From assembly GCF_009914755.1 (NCBI RefSeq), contig NC_060940.1: a stretch of 64,000 bases of DNA; one strand, written 5' to 3'. This document shows, piece after piece, positions 28,961 through 44,130 of the stretch (position 1 is its first letter; each line of letters starts with the position of its first letter). Made by a program: the position numbers and the translations under genes. Origin of the DNA: the human T2T-CHM13v2.0 reference genome, Homo sapiens. Under the pieces are notes generated by a model. The model had not been told where the DNA came from, made no database searches, and saw nothing but the letters and a program-made list of their open reading frames with translations.

Positions 28961-31900
28961 ATGATGATTCCATTAGAGTCCATTTAATGATTCCATTTGA
29001 TTCCAGTCTCTGATGATTACATTCGAGTCCATACGATGATTCCACTCAATTCCATATGATGATGATTCCATTCGATTCCATTCGATGATTCCATTCTATT
29101 CTATTCAATGGTGATTCCATTCGAGTACATTAGATGATTCCATTCGATTCCATTCAATGATGATTCTACTTGTGTCCCTTAGATGATTCCACATGATTCC
29201 ATTAGATGATGATACTATTTGAGCCCATCCAATGATTCCCTTCGATTCCATTCGATGAGGATTCCATTCGATTCAATTCATTGGTGATTCTATTCAATTC
29301 AATTCTTTGATTCAATTCCATTCCATTCGACAATGATTCCATTCGATTTCTTTCGATGATTCCACTCAATTTCACTTGACATTGATTCCATTCGATTCCA
29401 TTCAATGATTCCATTTGATTCCAGTGGATGATGATTGCCGTCGATTCCATTCGATCACTCCATTCTGTTCCATTTGATGATGATTACATTCGATTCCATT
29501 TGATGATTCCATCTGATTCTATTCGAGGATTCCATTTGATTCCATTCAATGATGATTCCATTCGAGTCCATTCGATGGTTTCATTCGAGTACATCCAATG
29601 ATTCCATTCGAGTCCATTTGATGATTCCATTTCATTCCATTTGATTATGATTCTACTAGAGTCCATTCAATGACTCCATTCGAGTCCATTCAACAGTTCC
29701 ATCCGAGTCCATTCGATGATTCCATTCGATTCCATTTGATGATTCCATTCGAGTCCATTTAATCATTACAGTCGAGTCCATTTGGTGATTCCACTGGATT
29801 TCTTTTGATAATGATACCATTCAATTACATTTGATGATGATCCCATTCAATTTCATTTGATGATGATTCCATTAGTGTCCATTCCATGATTTCATTCGAG
29901 TCCCTTCATTGATTCCATCCGATTTCATTTCATGATGACTCCATTCGAGTCCATTCGATGATTCCACTCGATTCCTTTAGATGATTCCATTGGAGTCCAT
30001 TTGATTGTTCCATTCGATTCCATTCGATTCCTTTCGAAGATTATTCCATTTGAGTCCATTCGATGATGATTCCATTCCATTCCATTCGATGATTCCGTTT
30101 GATTCCATTCGATGATTCCCTGCGATTCCTTTCTATGATGATTCCATTCCATTCCATTCAATGATTCCATTCGAATCTATTCCATGATGATTCCTTTCGA
30201 TTCCATTCGCTGATGTTTCCGTTCAATTCCATTCGATGATGATTCCATTCGATTCCATTCATTGAGGATTCCATTGGATTCCATTCAATGATGATTCCAT
30301 TCTATTCCATTCAATGATTGCATTCAATTCCATTCAATGATTATGCCATTAGAGTAAATTCAACGATTCCATTCAATACCATTCGATGATGATTCCTTTT
30401 GAGTCCATTCAATGATTTCATTCAAGTCCATTTGATGATTCCTTTCAATTCCATTCCATGATGATTCCATTCGAGTCCATTCGATGATTCCATTCGATTG
30501 CATTCGATGATTCCATTATATTCCATTCAACGATGATTCCATTCGAGTCCATTCGATGATTCCATTAGAGTACATTTAATGATTGCTTTGTTTTCAATTC
30601 GAAGATGATTACATTGGATTCCATTCTATGATTCCATTCGATTGCATTCATTGATGATTCCACCCAATTCCATTCGATGATGATTCCATTCGATTTCAAT
30701 GATTCTACACGATTCCATTCAATGATGATTCAATTCTATTCCGTTTGATGATTCCATTAGATTCCATTCTATGATGATTCCATTCGAGTCCATTCGAAGA
30801 TTTCATTCGATTACATTCCATGACGATTCCATTCGAGTCCATTCGATGATTCCATTTGAATCCATTCGACGATGATTCCATTTGATGCTATTCGATGATT
30901 CCATTGGATTCCATTCGATGATGATTCCATTCGACTTGATTTGATGTTTCTATTTGAGTCCATTCGGTTATTTTATTAGACTACATTCGATGATGATTCC
31001 ATTCGATGCCATTCAATGATTCCATTTGATTCCACTCAATGATGATTGCATTCGTGTCCATTCGATGATTCCATTTGGTTCCATTTGATGATGATTCCAT
31101 TCGAGTCCATTCGATGATACCATTCAATTCCATTCGATGATCATTCCATTCGAATCCATTTGATGATTCCACTCAATTCCATTTGATGACTCCTTTCATT
31201 CCCATTCGATGATTCCCTTCAGTTCCAATTGGATGATCTTTCCATTTGATTCAATATGGTGACTCCATTCTATTATATTCAATGATGATTCCATTCGACT
31301 CCATTAGATGATGACTCCATTCCATTCCATTCGATTGTGATTTCATTCGATTCCATTCGAAGATGATTCCATTCGAGTCCATTTGATGATTCCATTCGAT
31401 TCCATTCAATGATGATTCCACTCAAATCCATTGGATGATTCCATTCGTTTCCAATTGGTGATTTCATTAGATTCCATTCGAGGATGATTCTATTCGAGTC
31501 CATTCAATGATTCCATTGGATTCCGTTTGATAATGATTCCATTAGAGTTCATTCGATGATTCCCTTCGAGTCCATTCGATTATTTCTTTTGATTCCATTT
31601 GATGATGATTCCATTCGATTCCATTCAATGATTCCATTCCATTCCATTCGATGATGATTCCATTCGATAATGATTACATTCGAGCCCATGTGATGATTCC
31701 ATTAGATTCTATTCAATGATGATTCCATTCGACCACATTCGATGATGGCATTCGAGTCCATTCGATGATTTCACTCGATTCCACTTGATGATGATTCCTT
31801 TTGAGTCCATTTGATGATTACATTCGAGTCCATGAGATGACTCCATTCGATTCCATTTCATGATGATGCAATTCGAGGCTATTCGATCATCCCATTTTAG

Positions 31901-34900
31901 TGCATTCGGTGATTCTCTTTTATTACATTCGATGAGGGCTCCATTCGAGTCCATTCAATGATTCCATTAGATTCCACTCGATGATGATTCCATTTGAGTC
32001 CATTCAAAGATTCCTTTCGAGTCCATTCGATAATTCTATTGGATTCCACTAGGTGATGATTCCTTTCGAGTCAATTCGATGATTCCTTTCAAGTGCCTTC
32101 AATGATTCCATTCGATTCCATTCGATGACGATTCATTTCAAGTCCATTCAATGGTTCCATTCTGTTGAATTTGATGGTTCCATTTGATTCCATTCGATGA
32201 TGATTCCATTCGTGTCCATTGGATGATTCCATTCGATTCCTTTCGAGGAAGATTCCATTCGACTCCATTCGATGATTCCGTTCGATTCCATTCCATGATG
32301 ATTCCATTTGATTCCATTCCATGATTCCATTCGATACCATTCGATGATGATTCCATTCGACTCCATTTGATGAATCCATTCAATGCTTCCATTCGAGTCC
32401 ATTCGATGATTCCATTCGATTCCATTCCATGAAGATTCCATTCGAGTACATTTGATGATTCCATTTAATTCCATAGGATGATGATTCTATTAGGGTCCGT
32501 TGACTATTCCATTCAATTCCATTCGAAGATTCCATTCGAGTCCACTCGATGATTCTATTTGATTCCATTTGATAATTCCATTCGATTCCATTTGATGTTG
32601 ATTCCATTCGAGTCCATTCGATCATTATTACATTTGATTCTATTCGATGATTCCATTCGATTCCATTTGATGAGGATTCCATTCGAGACCATTTGATGAT
32701 TCCATTCAATTCCATTGGATGATTCCAATATTTTCCATTAGATGATGATTCCATTCGATTCCATTCAATGATGATTCCATCAGAATCCATTCGATGATGA
32801 CTCCTTTTGCTTCCATTCAATGATCATTACATTCGGTTCCATTCGATGATGATTCCTTTGGATTCCATTCGATGATGCTTCCATTCGATTCCATTTGATG
32901 ATGATTCTTTTCGATTCCATTTGATGATGATTCCATTTGATTCCATTCGATGGTGATTCCATTTGATGATTCCATTCGATTGTATTCGATGATGATTCCA
33001 CTCGATTCTATTTGATGATGACTGCATTCGATTCCATTTGATGATTCCATTTGATTCCATTCGATGATGATTCTGATCAATTGCATTCGATGATCCATTC
33101 GATTCCATTTGATGGTTCCATTTGATTCCATTTGATAATGATTCCTTTCGAGTCCATTCGATGATTCCATTTGCGGATATTCGATAATTCCATTTGAGTC
33201 CAACCGATGATTCCATTCGAGGCCATTCAATCATTCTTTTTGAGTCCTTTCGATAAAGATTCCATTTTAGTCCATTCAATAATTCCACTGGAGTCCATTC
33301 GATGATTGCTTTTAATTCCATTCGATGATATTCCATTCGAGTCCATTCGATGATTCCATTCGTTGCTATTAGATGATGATTCCATTCATGACCATTTGGT
33401 GATTCCATTCGATTTCATTCGTTGATGATTCCATTCGAGTCCATTCCATGATTCCATTCAAGTCCATTTGATGATTTCTTTGAATTCAATTCGATGATGA
33501 TTCCATTCGAGTCCATTCGATGATTCCATTCAGTTCCATTCGATGATGATTCCTTTCGAGACCATATGATGATTCCATTTGATTTCATTCGATGATGATT
33601 CCATTCGATTCCATTCGATGATTCCATTCTATTCCATTCGATGATGATTCCATTCGAGTCCATTTAATGATTCCATTGGGTTCAATTCAATGATGATTAC
33701 ATTGGATTCTCTTCTATGATACCATTCAATTCCGTTCATTGACAATTTGATTCCATTCGATGATGATTCCATTTGAGTTCATTCGATGATTCTATTCGAT
33801 TCTCTTCGATGGTGATTCAATTCTATTATATTGGATGATTCCATTCGATTCCATTTGATGTTGATTCAATTCGATTCTATTCGATGATGATTCCATTGGA
33901 TTTCATTTGATGATTCTATTCGATTCCATTCAATGATGATTCACTTCTCGTCCATTGGATGATTCCATTTCATTCCATTCGATGATGATTCCATTCGATT
34001 CCATTCGATGATTCCATTTGATTCCATTCGACGGTGAGCAATTCGATTCAATTCCATGATGATTCTATTTGATTCAGTTAGATGATGTTTCCATTCGAAT
34101 CCATTCCATGATTATTCCATTGGAATCCATTCGGCGATGATTCCATATGAGTCAATTCAATGATGATTCCATATGGGTCAGTTCGATGATAATTCCATTT
34201 GATTTCATTCGATGCTTCTATTCAATTCCAGTCGATGATGATTCCGTTGGAGTCCATACGATGACTCCATTTGATTTCATTTGATGATGATTCCTTTCGA
34301 TTCCATTCGATGACTCCATTCTGTTCCATTCGATGATGATTCCATTCGAGTCCATTCGATGATTCCATTCGAGTCCATTTCATGATTCCATTGGGTTCAA
34401 TTCGATGATGATTACACTGGATTCCATTCTATGATTCCATTCAATTCCATTCGTTGATGATTCGATTCCATTCAATGATGATTCCATTTGAGTTCATTCG
34501 ATGATTCTATTCGATTCCGTTCGATGGTGATTCAATTCTATTATATTGGATGATTCCATTCGATTCCATTTGATGATGATTCCATTCGATTCCATTCGAT
34601 GATGATTCCATTTGATTCCATTTGATGTTGATTCTATTCGATTCTATTCAATGATGATTCCATTCGATTTCATTTGATGATTCTATTCGATTCCTTTCGA
34701 TGATTCTATTCCATTCCATTCGATGATGATTCAATTCTCTTCCATTGGATGATTCCATTTTATTCCATTCGACGATGACTCCATTTGATTCCATTCAATG
34801 ATGATTCCATTCGATTCCATTCGGTGATTCCATTTGATTCCATTCGACGGTGAGCAATTTGATTCAATTCCATAATGATTCTATTTGATTCAATTAGATG

Positions 34901-36030
34901 ATGTTTCCATTCGAATCCATTCGGTGATGATTCCATTGGTATCCATTCGACGATGATTCCATATGAGTCAATTCGATGATGATTCCATACGAGTCCGTTG
35001 GATGATAATTCCATTTGATTTCATTCAATCCTTCTATTCGATTCCATTTGATGATGATTCCATCTGAATCCATTCTCCGATTCCATTCGATTTCATTCGA
35101 TGCTTGTATTTGATTTCATTCGAAGATGATTCCTTTCAATTCCGTTCATTAATTCCATTTGATTCCATTCGATGATGATTCCATCCGATTCCATTGGATG
35201 ATGATTCCATTCGAGTCCATTCGATGATTCCGTTCTAATCCATTCTATGATTCCATTCGAGTCCATTCGATGATTCCATTCGATTCCATTCAGTGATGAT
35301 TCCATTTGATTCCATCTGATGATGATTTCATTTGATTCCATTCGATGATGATTCCATTGGAGTCCATTGAATGATTCAATTCAATTCCATTCCATGTGGA
35401 TTCCATTCGAATTCATTCGATTATTCCATTCAAATCCCTTCGTTGATTCCATCTGATTCCACTTGACGATGATTCCATTCAAGTCCAATCGATGATTCCA
35501 TTCGGTTCCATTCAATGATTCCATTCGAGTCCATTTATGTATTATATTCGTGTCCACTTGATGACTCCATTCAATTCCATTTAATGATGATTCCATTTGA
35601 TTCCATTTGATGATTCAGTTCGATTCCTTACAATGATTCCCTACGATTCCTTTCTATGATGATTCCATTCGATTCCATTCATTGATGATTCCATTCGACT
35701 CCATTCAATGATGATTCCTTTCGATTCCATTTGACGATGTTTCCATTTGAGTCCATTCGATGATGATTCCATTGGTATCCATTCGACGATGATTCCATAT
35801 GAGTCAATTCGATGATGATTCCATACGAGTCCGTTGGATGATAATTCCATTTGATTTCATTCAATCCTTCTATTCGATTCCATTTGATGATGATTCCATC
35901 TGAATCCATTCTCCGATTCCATTCGATTTCATTCGATGCTTCTATTTGATTTCATTCGAAGATGATTCCTTTCAATTCCATTCATTAATTCCATTTGATT
36001 CCATTCGATGATGATTCCATCCGATTCCAT
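28961..36030 (+). repeat. ~7.07-kb block, copy 1, duplicated at offset 23382
   Basis: ORF pairs 29202/52584, 30981/54363, 31709/55091, 32827/56209, 33415/56797, 34760/58142 and 35679/59061 all share offset 23382, most with identical translations. Confidence 0.92.
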
Positions 36031-37374
36031 TCGATGATGATTGGATTCGATTCCATTTGATGATTTCATTTGATTCCATTCGATAATGATTTTGATCAAT
36101 TCCATTCGATGATTCCATTCGATTCCATTCGATAATGATTACATCCGAGTCCATTCGATGATTCCATTTGAGCCCGTTCGATAATTCCATTTGAGTCCAA
36201 TCAATGATTGCATTCATTTCCATTCAATGATTCCATTCGAGTCCATTTGATCATTCCGGTAGTGTCCGTTCGATGTTGATTCCATTGGAGTGCATTCGAT
36301 GATTCCATTCGAGTCCAATTTATGATTTGGTTCGAGTCCTTTCGATGATTCCATTCGATTCCACTCGATGCGATGATGATTTCATTCGAGTCCATTCGAC
36401 ACTTCCAATCGATTCCATTTGATGTTTCCTTTCGAGTCCAATTGATGATTCCATTCAATTCCATTCGATGATGATTCCGTACGATTCCATTCTGTGATGA
36501 TTCCATGTGATTGCATTCAATGATGATTCCTTTCGATTGCATTCGATTATGATTCATTTCGTGTTCATTCTATGGTTCCACAGGTTTCACATCGTGTCCA
36601 TTCCATTATTCCATTCTATTCCATTTGATGATGATTCCATTCGATTCCATTCATTGGTGATTCCACTCAATTCCATTCAATGATTCCATTCCATTTCTTT
36701 CAACAATGATTCCATTAGTTTCTAATCGATGATCCACTTGATTCCATTTGACGATGATTCCATTCTTGTCCATTCGATGATTCCATTTGATTCCATATGA
36801 TGATGATTCCATTCGATTCCATATGATGATGATGCCATTCGAGTCCATTCAATGGTGATTCCATTCAATTCCATTCGGTGATTCCTTTCGATTCCATTTG
36901 ATGATGATGGCATTCGATTCCTTTCAATCATTCCCTTTGATTCCACTCAAAGTTGATTTCATTCAAGTCCATTCGATAATTGCATTCGATTCCATTCTAT
37001 GATGATTCCATTCGAGTCCATTTGATGATTCCATTCAATTCAAGTCAATGATGATTCCATTCGATTCCATTCGATGATTCCATTGGATTCCATTCGATGA
37101 TGATTCCATTCAAATCCATTCGATAATTCAATTCACGTCCATTCGATGATGATTCCAATCGAATCCATTCAAAGATTCCATTCAATTCCATTCGATGATT
37201 CCCTTAGATTCCATTCGATGATTCCACTTGATTCCATTTACGATGATTCCATTCGATTCCATGTGATGATTCCATTCAATTCTATTCAATGATGTTTCCA
37301 TTTGATTCCATTCGACCATGATTGCCTTTGATTCCATTCAATGATTCCATTCGGTTCCGTTTGATGATGATTCC

Positions 37375-40300
37375 GTTCGATTCCATTTGATGATTCCATT
37401 TGATTCCATTGGATGAGTCCATTCGATTACATTGGATGATTATTCCATTCGAGTGCATTAGATGATTCCATTCGAGTCCATTCGATGATTCCATTCGAGT
37501 CCATTCGATGATTCCATTCGATTCCATTCGATGTTGATTCTGTTCAAATCCATTCGATGATTCCACTCGATTCCATTCGATGACTCCATTTGATCCCATT
37601 CGATGATTTCCTTTGATTCCCTTTTATGATCATTCCATTTGATTCAATTCGGTGATTTCATTGGATTCCATTCAGTGATGTTTCCATTCGACTCCATTCG
37701 ATGATGATTCCATTCGACTACATTCGATTATGATTTCATTCAATTCCATTCGATAAAGATTCCCTTCGAGTCCAATCGATGATTCCATTCGATTCCATTC
37801 AACGATGATTTGATTCGTGTCCATTCGATGATTCCATTTGATTCCACTTGATGAGGATTCCATTCGAGTCCATTTGATGATTCCATTCAATTCCATTCTC
37901 CGATGATTTCTTTTGAGCCCACTCAATGCTTCCACTCGATTCCATATGATGATGACTCCATTCGATGAAATTCGATGATGATTCCATTCGCTTGCATTCG
38001 ATGATGATTCCACTTGAGTCCATTAGAAGATTCTATTCAATTACATTCCATGACGATTCCGTTCGAGTCCATTTGATGATTCCATTAGACTCCATTCGAC
38101 GATGATTCCATTCGATGTTATTCGATGATTCCATTCGATCTCATTCGATGATGATTCCATTCAACTCCATTCGATGTTTCCATTCGAGTTCATTCTATTA
38201 TTCCATTAGATTCCATTCGATGATGATTCCATTCGATTCCATTTGATGATTGCATTCTATTTCATTTGATGATGATTCCATTCGAGTCCACTCGATGATT
38301 CCATTCGAGTCCATTTAATGAATCCATTGGTTTCAATTCTATGATGATTACATTGGATTCCATTCGTTGATGATTTCATTCGGTTCCATTCAATGATGAT
38401 TCCATTCAATTCCTTTCAATGTTTCCATTCAATTCCATACGATGATGATTCCATTTGATTTGATTCGACAGTGAGCCATTCGATTCAATTCCATGATGAT
38501 TCTATTTGATTCCATTGGTTGACATTTCCATTCGATTCCATTCGATGATGATTCCCTTTGATTCCATTCAAAGATGATTCCATTCTAGCCCATTCAATCA
38601 TTCCATTCGATTCTATTCAATGATGATTCCATTCATGTCGATTTGGTGATTCCATTTGACTTCATTTGATGATGATTCCTTTCAAGTTCATTAGATGATT
38701 CCATTCGATTCCATTTGATGATGATCCCATTCGAGTCCATTCAGTGATTCCACTCGTTTCCATTCCATGATGATTCCATTCCATTCCATTCAATGATTCC
38801 ATTCGATTCCGTTTGATGATGATTTCATTCGAGTCCATTCAATGATTCCATTCGATTCCAATCGATGGTGGTTCCATTAGAGTCCATTTAATGATTCCAT
38901 TTGATTCCAGTCTCTGATGTTTACATTCGAGTCCATACGATGATTCCACTAAATTCCATATGATGATGATTCCATTCGATTCCATTGGATGATTCCATTC
39001 TATTCTATTCAAAGGTGATTCCATTCGAGTACATTAGATGATTCCATTCGATTCCATTCAATGATGATTCTATTTGTGTCCCTTAGATGATTCCACATGA
39101 TTCCATTAGATGATGATACTATTTGAGCCCATCCAATGATTCCCTTCGATTCCATTCGATGAGGATTCCATTCGATTCAATTCATTGGTGATTCTATTCA
39201 ATTCAATTCTTTGATTCAATTCCATTCCATTCGACAATGATTCCATTCGATTTCTTTCGATGATTCCACTCAATTTCACTTGACATTGATTCCATTCGAT
39301 TCCATTCAATGATTCCATTTGATTCCAGTGGATGATGATTGCCGTCGATTCCATTCGATCACTCCATTCTGTTCCATTTGATGATGATTACATTCGATTC
39401 CATTTGATGATTCCATCTGATTCTATTCGAGGATTCCATTTGATTCCATTCGATGATGATTCCATTCGAGTCCATTCGATGATTTCATTCGAGTACATCC
39501 AATGATTCCATTCGAGTCCATTTGATGATTCCATTTCATTCCATTTGATTATGATTCTACTAGAGTCCATTCAATGACTCCATTCGAGTCCATTCAACAG
39601 TTCCATCCGAGTCCATTCGATGATTCCATTCGATTCCATTTGATGATTCCATTCGAGTCCATTTAATCATTACAGTCGAGTCCATTTGGTGATTCCACTG
39701 GATTTCTTTTGATAATGATACCATTCAATTACATTTGATGATGATCCCATTCAATTTCATTTGATGATGATTCCATTAGAGTCCATTCCATGATTTCATT
39801 CGAGTCCCTTCATTGATTCCATCCGATTTCATTTCATGATGACTCCATTCGAGTCCATTCGATGATTCCACTCGATTCCATTAGATGATTCCATTGGAGT
39901 CCATTTGATTGTTCCATTCGATTCCATTCGATTCCTTTCGAAGATTATTCCATTTGAGTCCATTCGATGATGATTCCATTCCATTCCATTCGATGATTCC
40001 GTTTGATTCCATTCGATGATTCCCTGCGATTCCTTTCTATGATGATTCCATTCCATTCCATTCAATGATTCCATTCGAATCTATTCCATGATGATTCCTT
40101 TCGATTCCATTCGCTGATGTTTCCGTTCAATTCCATTCGATGATGATTCCATTCGATTCCATTCATTGAGGATTCCATTGGATTCCATTCAATGATGATT
40201 CCATTCTATTCCATTCAATGATTGCATTCAATTCCATTCAATGATTATGCCATTAGAGTAAATTCAACGATTCCATTCAATACCATTCGATGATGATTCC

Positions 40301-41285
40301 TTTTGAGTCCATTCAATGATTTCATTCAAGTCCATTTGATGATTCCTTTCAATTCCATTCCATGATGATTCCATTCGAGTCCATTCGATGATTCCATTCG
40401 ATTGCATTCGATGATTCCATTATATTCCATTCAACGATGATTCCATTCGAGTCCATTCGATGATTCCATTAGAGTACATTTAATGATTGCTTTGTTTTCA
40501 ATTCGAAGATGATTACATTGGATTCCATTCTATGATTCCATTCGATTCCATTCATTGATGATTCCACCCAATTCCATTCGATGATGATTCCATTCGATTT
40601 CAATGATTCTACTCGATTCCATTCAATGATGATTCAATTCTATTCCGTTTGATGATTCCATTAGATTCCATTCTATGATGATTCCATTCGAGTCCATTCG
40701 AAGATTTCATTCGATTACATTCCATGACGATTCCATTCGAGTCCATTCGATGATTCCATTTGAATCCATTCGACGATGATTCCATTTGATGCTATTCGAT
40801 GATTCCCTTGGATTCCATTCGATGATGATTCCATTCGACTTGATTTGATGTTTCTATTTGAGTCCATTCGGTTATTTTATTAGACTACATTCGATGATGA
40901 TTCCATTCGATGCCATTCAGTGGTTCCATTTCATTCCACTCAATGATGATTGCATTCGTGTCCATTCGATGATTCCATTTGGTTCCATTTGATGATGATT
41001 CCATTCGAGTCCATTCGATGATACCATTCAATTCCATTCGATGATCATTCCATTCGAATCCATTTGATGATTCCACTCAATTCCATTTGATGACTCCTTT
41101 CATTCCCATTCGATGATTCCCTTCAGTTCCAATTGGATGATCTTTCCATTTGATTCAATATGGTGACTCCATTCTATTATATTCAATGATGATTCCATTC
41201 GACTCCATTAGATGATGACTTCATTCCATTCCATTCGATTGTGATTTCATTCGATTCCATTCGAAGATGATTCCATTCGAGTCCA
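37375..41285 (+). repeat. Copy of ~27350-31380 (offset 10025, then 9904 after a 121-bp deletion near 38835)
   Basis: ORF pair 27647/37672 has offset 10025. Pairs 29202/39106, 29484/39388, 29925/39829 and 30981/40885 have offset 9904. Confidence 0.88.
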
Positions 41286-44130
41286 TTCGATGATTCCATT
41301 CGATTTCATTCAACGATGATTTGATTCGTGTCCATTCGATGATTCCATTTGATTCCACTTGATGATGATTCCATTCGAGTCCATTTGATGATTCCATTCA
41401 ATTCCATTCTCCGATGACTTCTTTTGAGCCCATTCAATGCTTCCACTCGATTCCATATGATGATGACTCCATTCGATGAAATTCGATGATGATTCCATTC
41501 GCTTGCATTCGATGATGATTCCACTTGAGTCCATTAGAAGATTCTATTCAATTACATTCCATGACGATTCCGTTCGAGTCCATTTGATGATTCCATTAGA
41601 CTCCATTCGACGATGATTCCATTCGAGGTTATTCGATGATTCCATTCGATCTCATTCGATGATGATTCCATTCAACTCCATTCGATGTTTCCATTCGAGT
41701 TCATTCTATTATTCCATTAGATTCCATTCGATGATGATTCCATTCGATTCCATTTGATGATTGCATTCTATTTCATTTGATGATGATTCCATTCGAGTCC
41801 ACTCGATGATTCCATTCGAGTCCATTTAATGAATATATTGGTTTCAATTCTATGATGATTACATTGGATTACATTCGTTGATGATTTCATTCGGTTCCAT
41901 TCAATGATGATTCTATTCAATTCCTTTCAATGTTTCCATTCAATTCCATACGATGATGATTCCATTTGATTTGATTCGACAGTGAGTCATTCGATTCAAT
42001 TCCATGATGATTCTATTTGATTCAATTGGTTGACATTTCCATTCGATTCCATTCGATGATGATTCCCTTTGATTCAATTCAAAGATGATTCCATTCTAGC
42101 CCATTCAATCATTCCATTCGATTCTATTCAATGATGATTCCATTCATGTCGATTTGGTGATTCCATTTGACTTCATTTGATGATGATTCCTTTCAAGTTC
42201 ATTAGATGATTCCATTCGATTCCATTTGATGATGATCCCATTCGAGTCTATTCAGTGATTCCACTCGTTTCCATTCCATGATGATTCCATTCCATTCCAT
42301 TCAATGATTCCATTCGATTCCGTTTGATGATGATTTCATTCGAGTCCATTTGATGATTCCATTTCATTCCATTCGATGATGATTCCATTCGAGTCCATTT
42401 GATGATTCTATTCGAATCCATTTGATGATTTCTTTTGATTATAGTTGGTGATGATTCCATTGGAGTCCATTCAATGATTCCATTCTATTCCAATCGATGA
42501 TGATTCCATTAGAGTCCATTTAATGATTCCATTTGATTCCAGTCTCTGATGATTACATTCGAGTCCATACGATGATTCCACTCAATTCCATATGATGATG
42601 ATTCCATTCTATTCCGTTCGATGATTCCATTCTATTCTATTCAATGGTGATTCCATTCGATTCCATTCAATGATGATTCTATTTGTGTCCCTTAGATGAT
42701 TCCACATGATTCCATTAGATGATGATACTATTTGAGCCCATCCAATGATTCCCTTCGATTCCATTCGATGAGGATTCCATTCGATTCAGTTCATTGGTGA
42801 TTCTATTCAATTCAATTCTTTGATTCCATTCCATTCCATTCGACAATGATTCCATTCGATTTCTTTCGATGATTCCACTCGATTCCACTTGACATTGATT
42901 CCCTTCGATTCCATTCAATGATTCCATTTGATTCCAGTGGATGATGATTGCCATCGATTCCATTCGATCACTCCATTCTATTCCATTTGATGATGATTAC
43001 ATTCGATTCCATTTGACGATTCCATCTGATTCTATTCGAGGATTCCATTTGATTCCATTCGATGATGATTCCATTCGAGTCCATTCGATGATTTCATTCG
43101 AGTACATCCAATGATTCCATTCGAGTCCATTTGATGATTCCATTTGATTCCATTTGATAATGATTCTACTAGAGTCCATTCAATGACTCCATTCGAGTCC
43201 ATTCAACAATTCCATTCGACTCCATTTGATGATTCCATTCGATTCCATTTGATGATTCCATTCGAGTCCATTTAATCATTACAGTCGAGTCCATTTGGTG
43301 ATTCCACCGGATTTCTTTTGATAATGATACCATTCAATTACATTTGATGATGATCCCATTCAATTTCATTTGATGGTGATTCCATTAGAGTCCATTCGAT
43401 GATTTCATTCGAGTCCCTTCATTGATTCCATCCGATTTCATTGGATGATGACTCCATTCGAGTCCATTCGATGATTCCACTCGATTCCATTAGATGATTC
43501 CATTGGAGTCCATTTGATTGTTCCATTCGATTCCATTCGATTTCTTTCGAAGATTATTCCATTTGAGTCCATTCGATGATGATTCCATTCCATTCCATTC
43601 GATGATTCCGTTTGATTCCATTCGATGATTCCCTTCGATTCCTTTCTTTGATGATTCCATTCCATTCCATTCAATGATTCCATTCGAATCTATTCCATGA
43701 TGATTCCTTTCGATTCCATTCGCTGATGTTTCCTTTCAATTCCATTCGATGATGATTCCATTCGATTCCATTCATTGAGGATTCCATTTGATTCCATTCA
43801 ATGATGATTCCGTTCTATTCCATTCAATGATTGCATTCAATTCCATTCAATGATTATCCCCTTAGAGTAAACTCAACGATTCCATTCAATACCATTCGAT
43901 GGTGATTCCTTTTGAGTCCATTCAATGATTTCATTCAAGTCCATTTGATGATTCCTTTCAATTCCATTCTATGATGATTCCATTCGAGTCCATTCGATGA
44001 TTCCATTCGATTGCATTCGATGATTCCATTATATTCCAGTCAACGATGATTCCATTCGAGTCCATTCGATGATTCCATTAGAGTACATTTAATGATTGCT
44101 TTGTTTTCAATTCGAAGATGATTACATTGG
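41285..44130 (+). repeat. Diverged tandem re-run of ~37780-40530 (offset 3511, then 3609), continuing into a B-type end
   Basis: ORF pair 37799/41310 has offset 3511. Pairs 39106/42715, 39388/42997 and 39829/43438 have offset 3609. Downstream, 43438/10103 and 44139/10804 have offset 33335. Confidence 0.82.
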
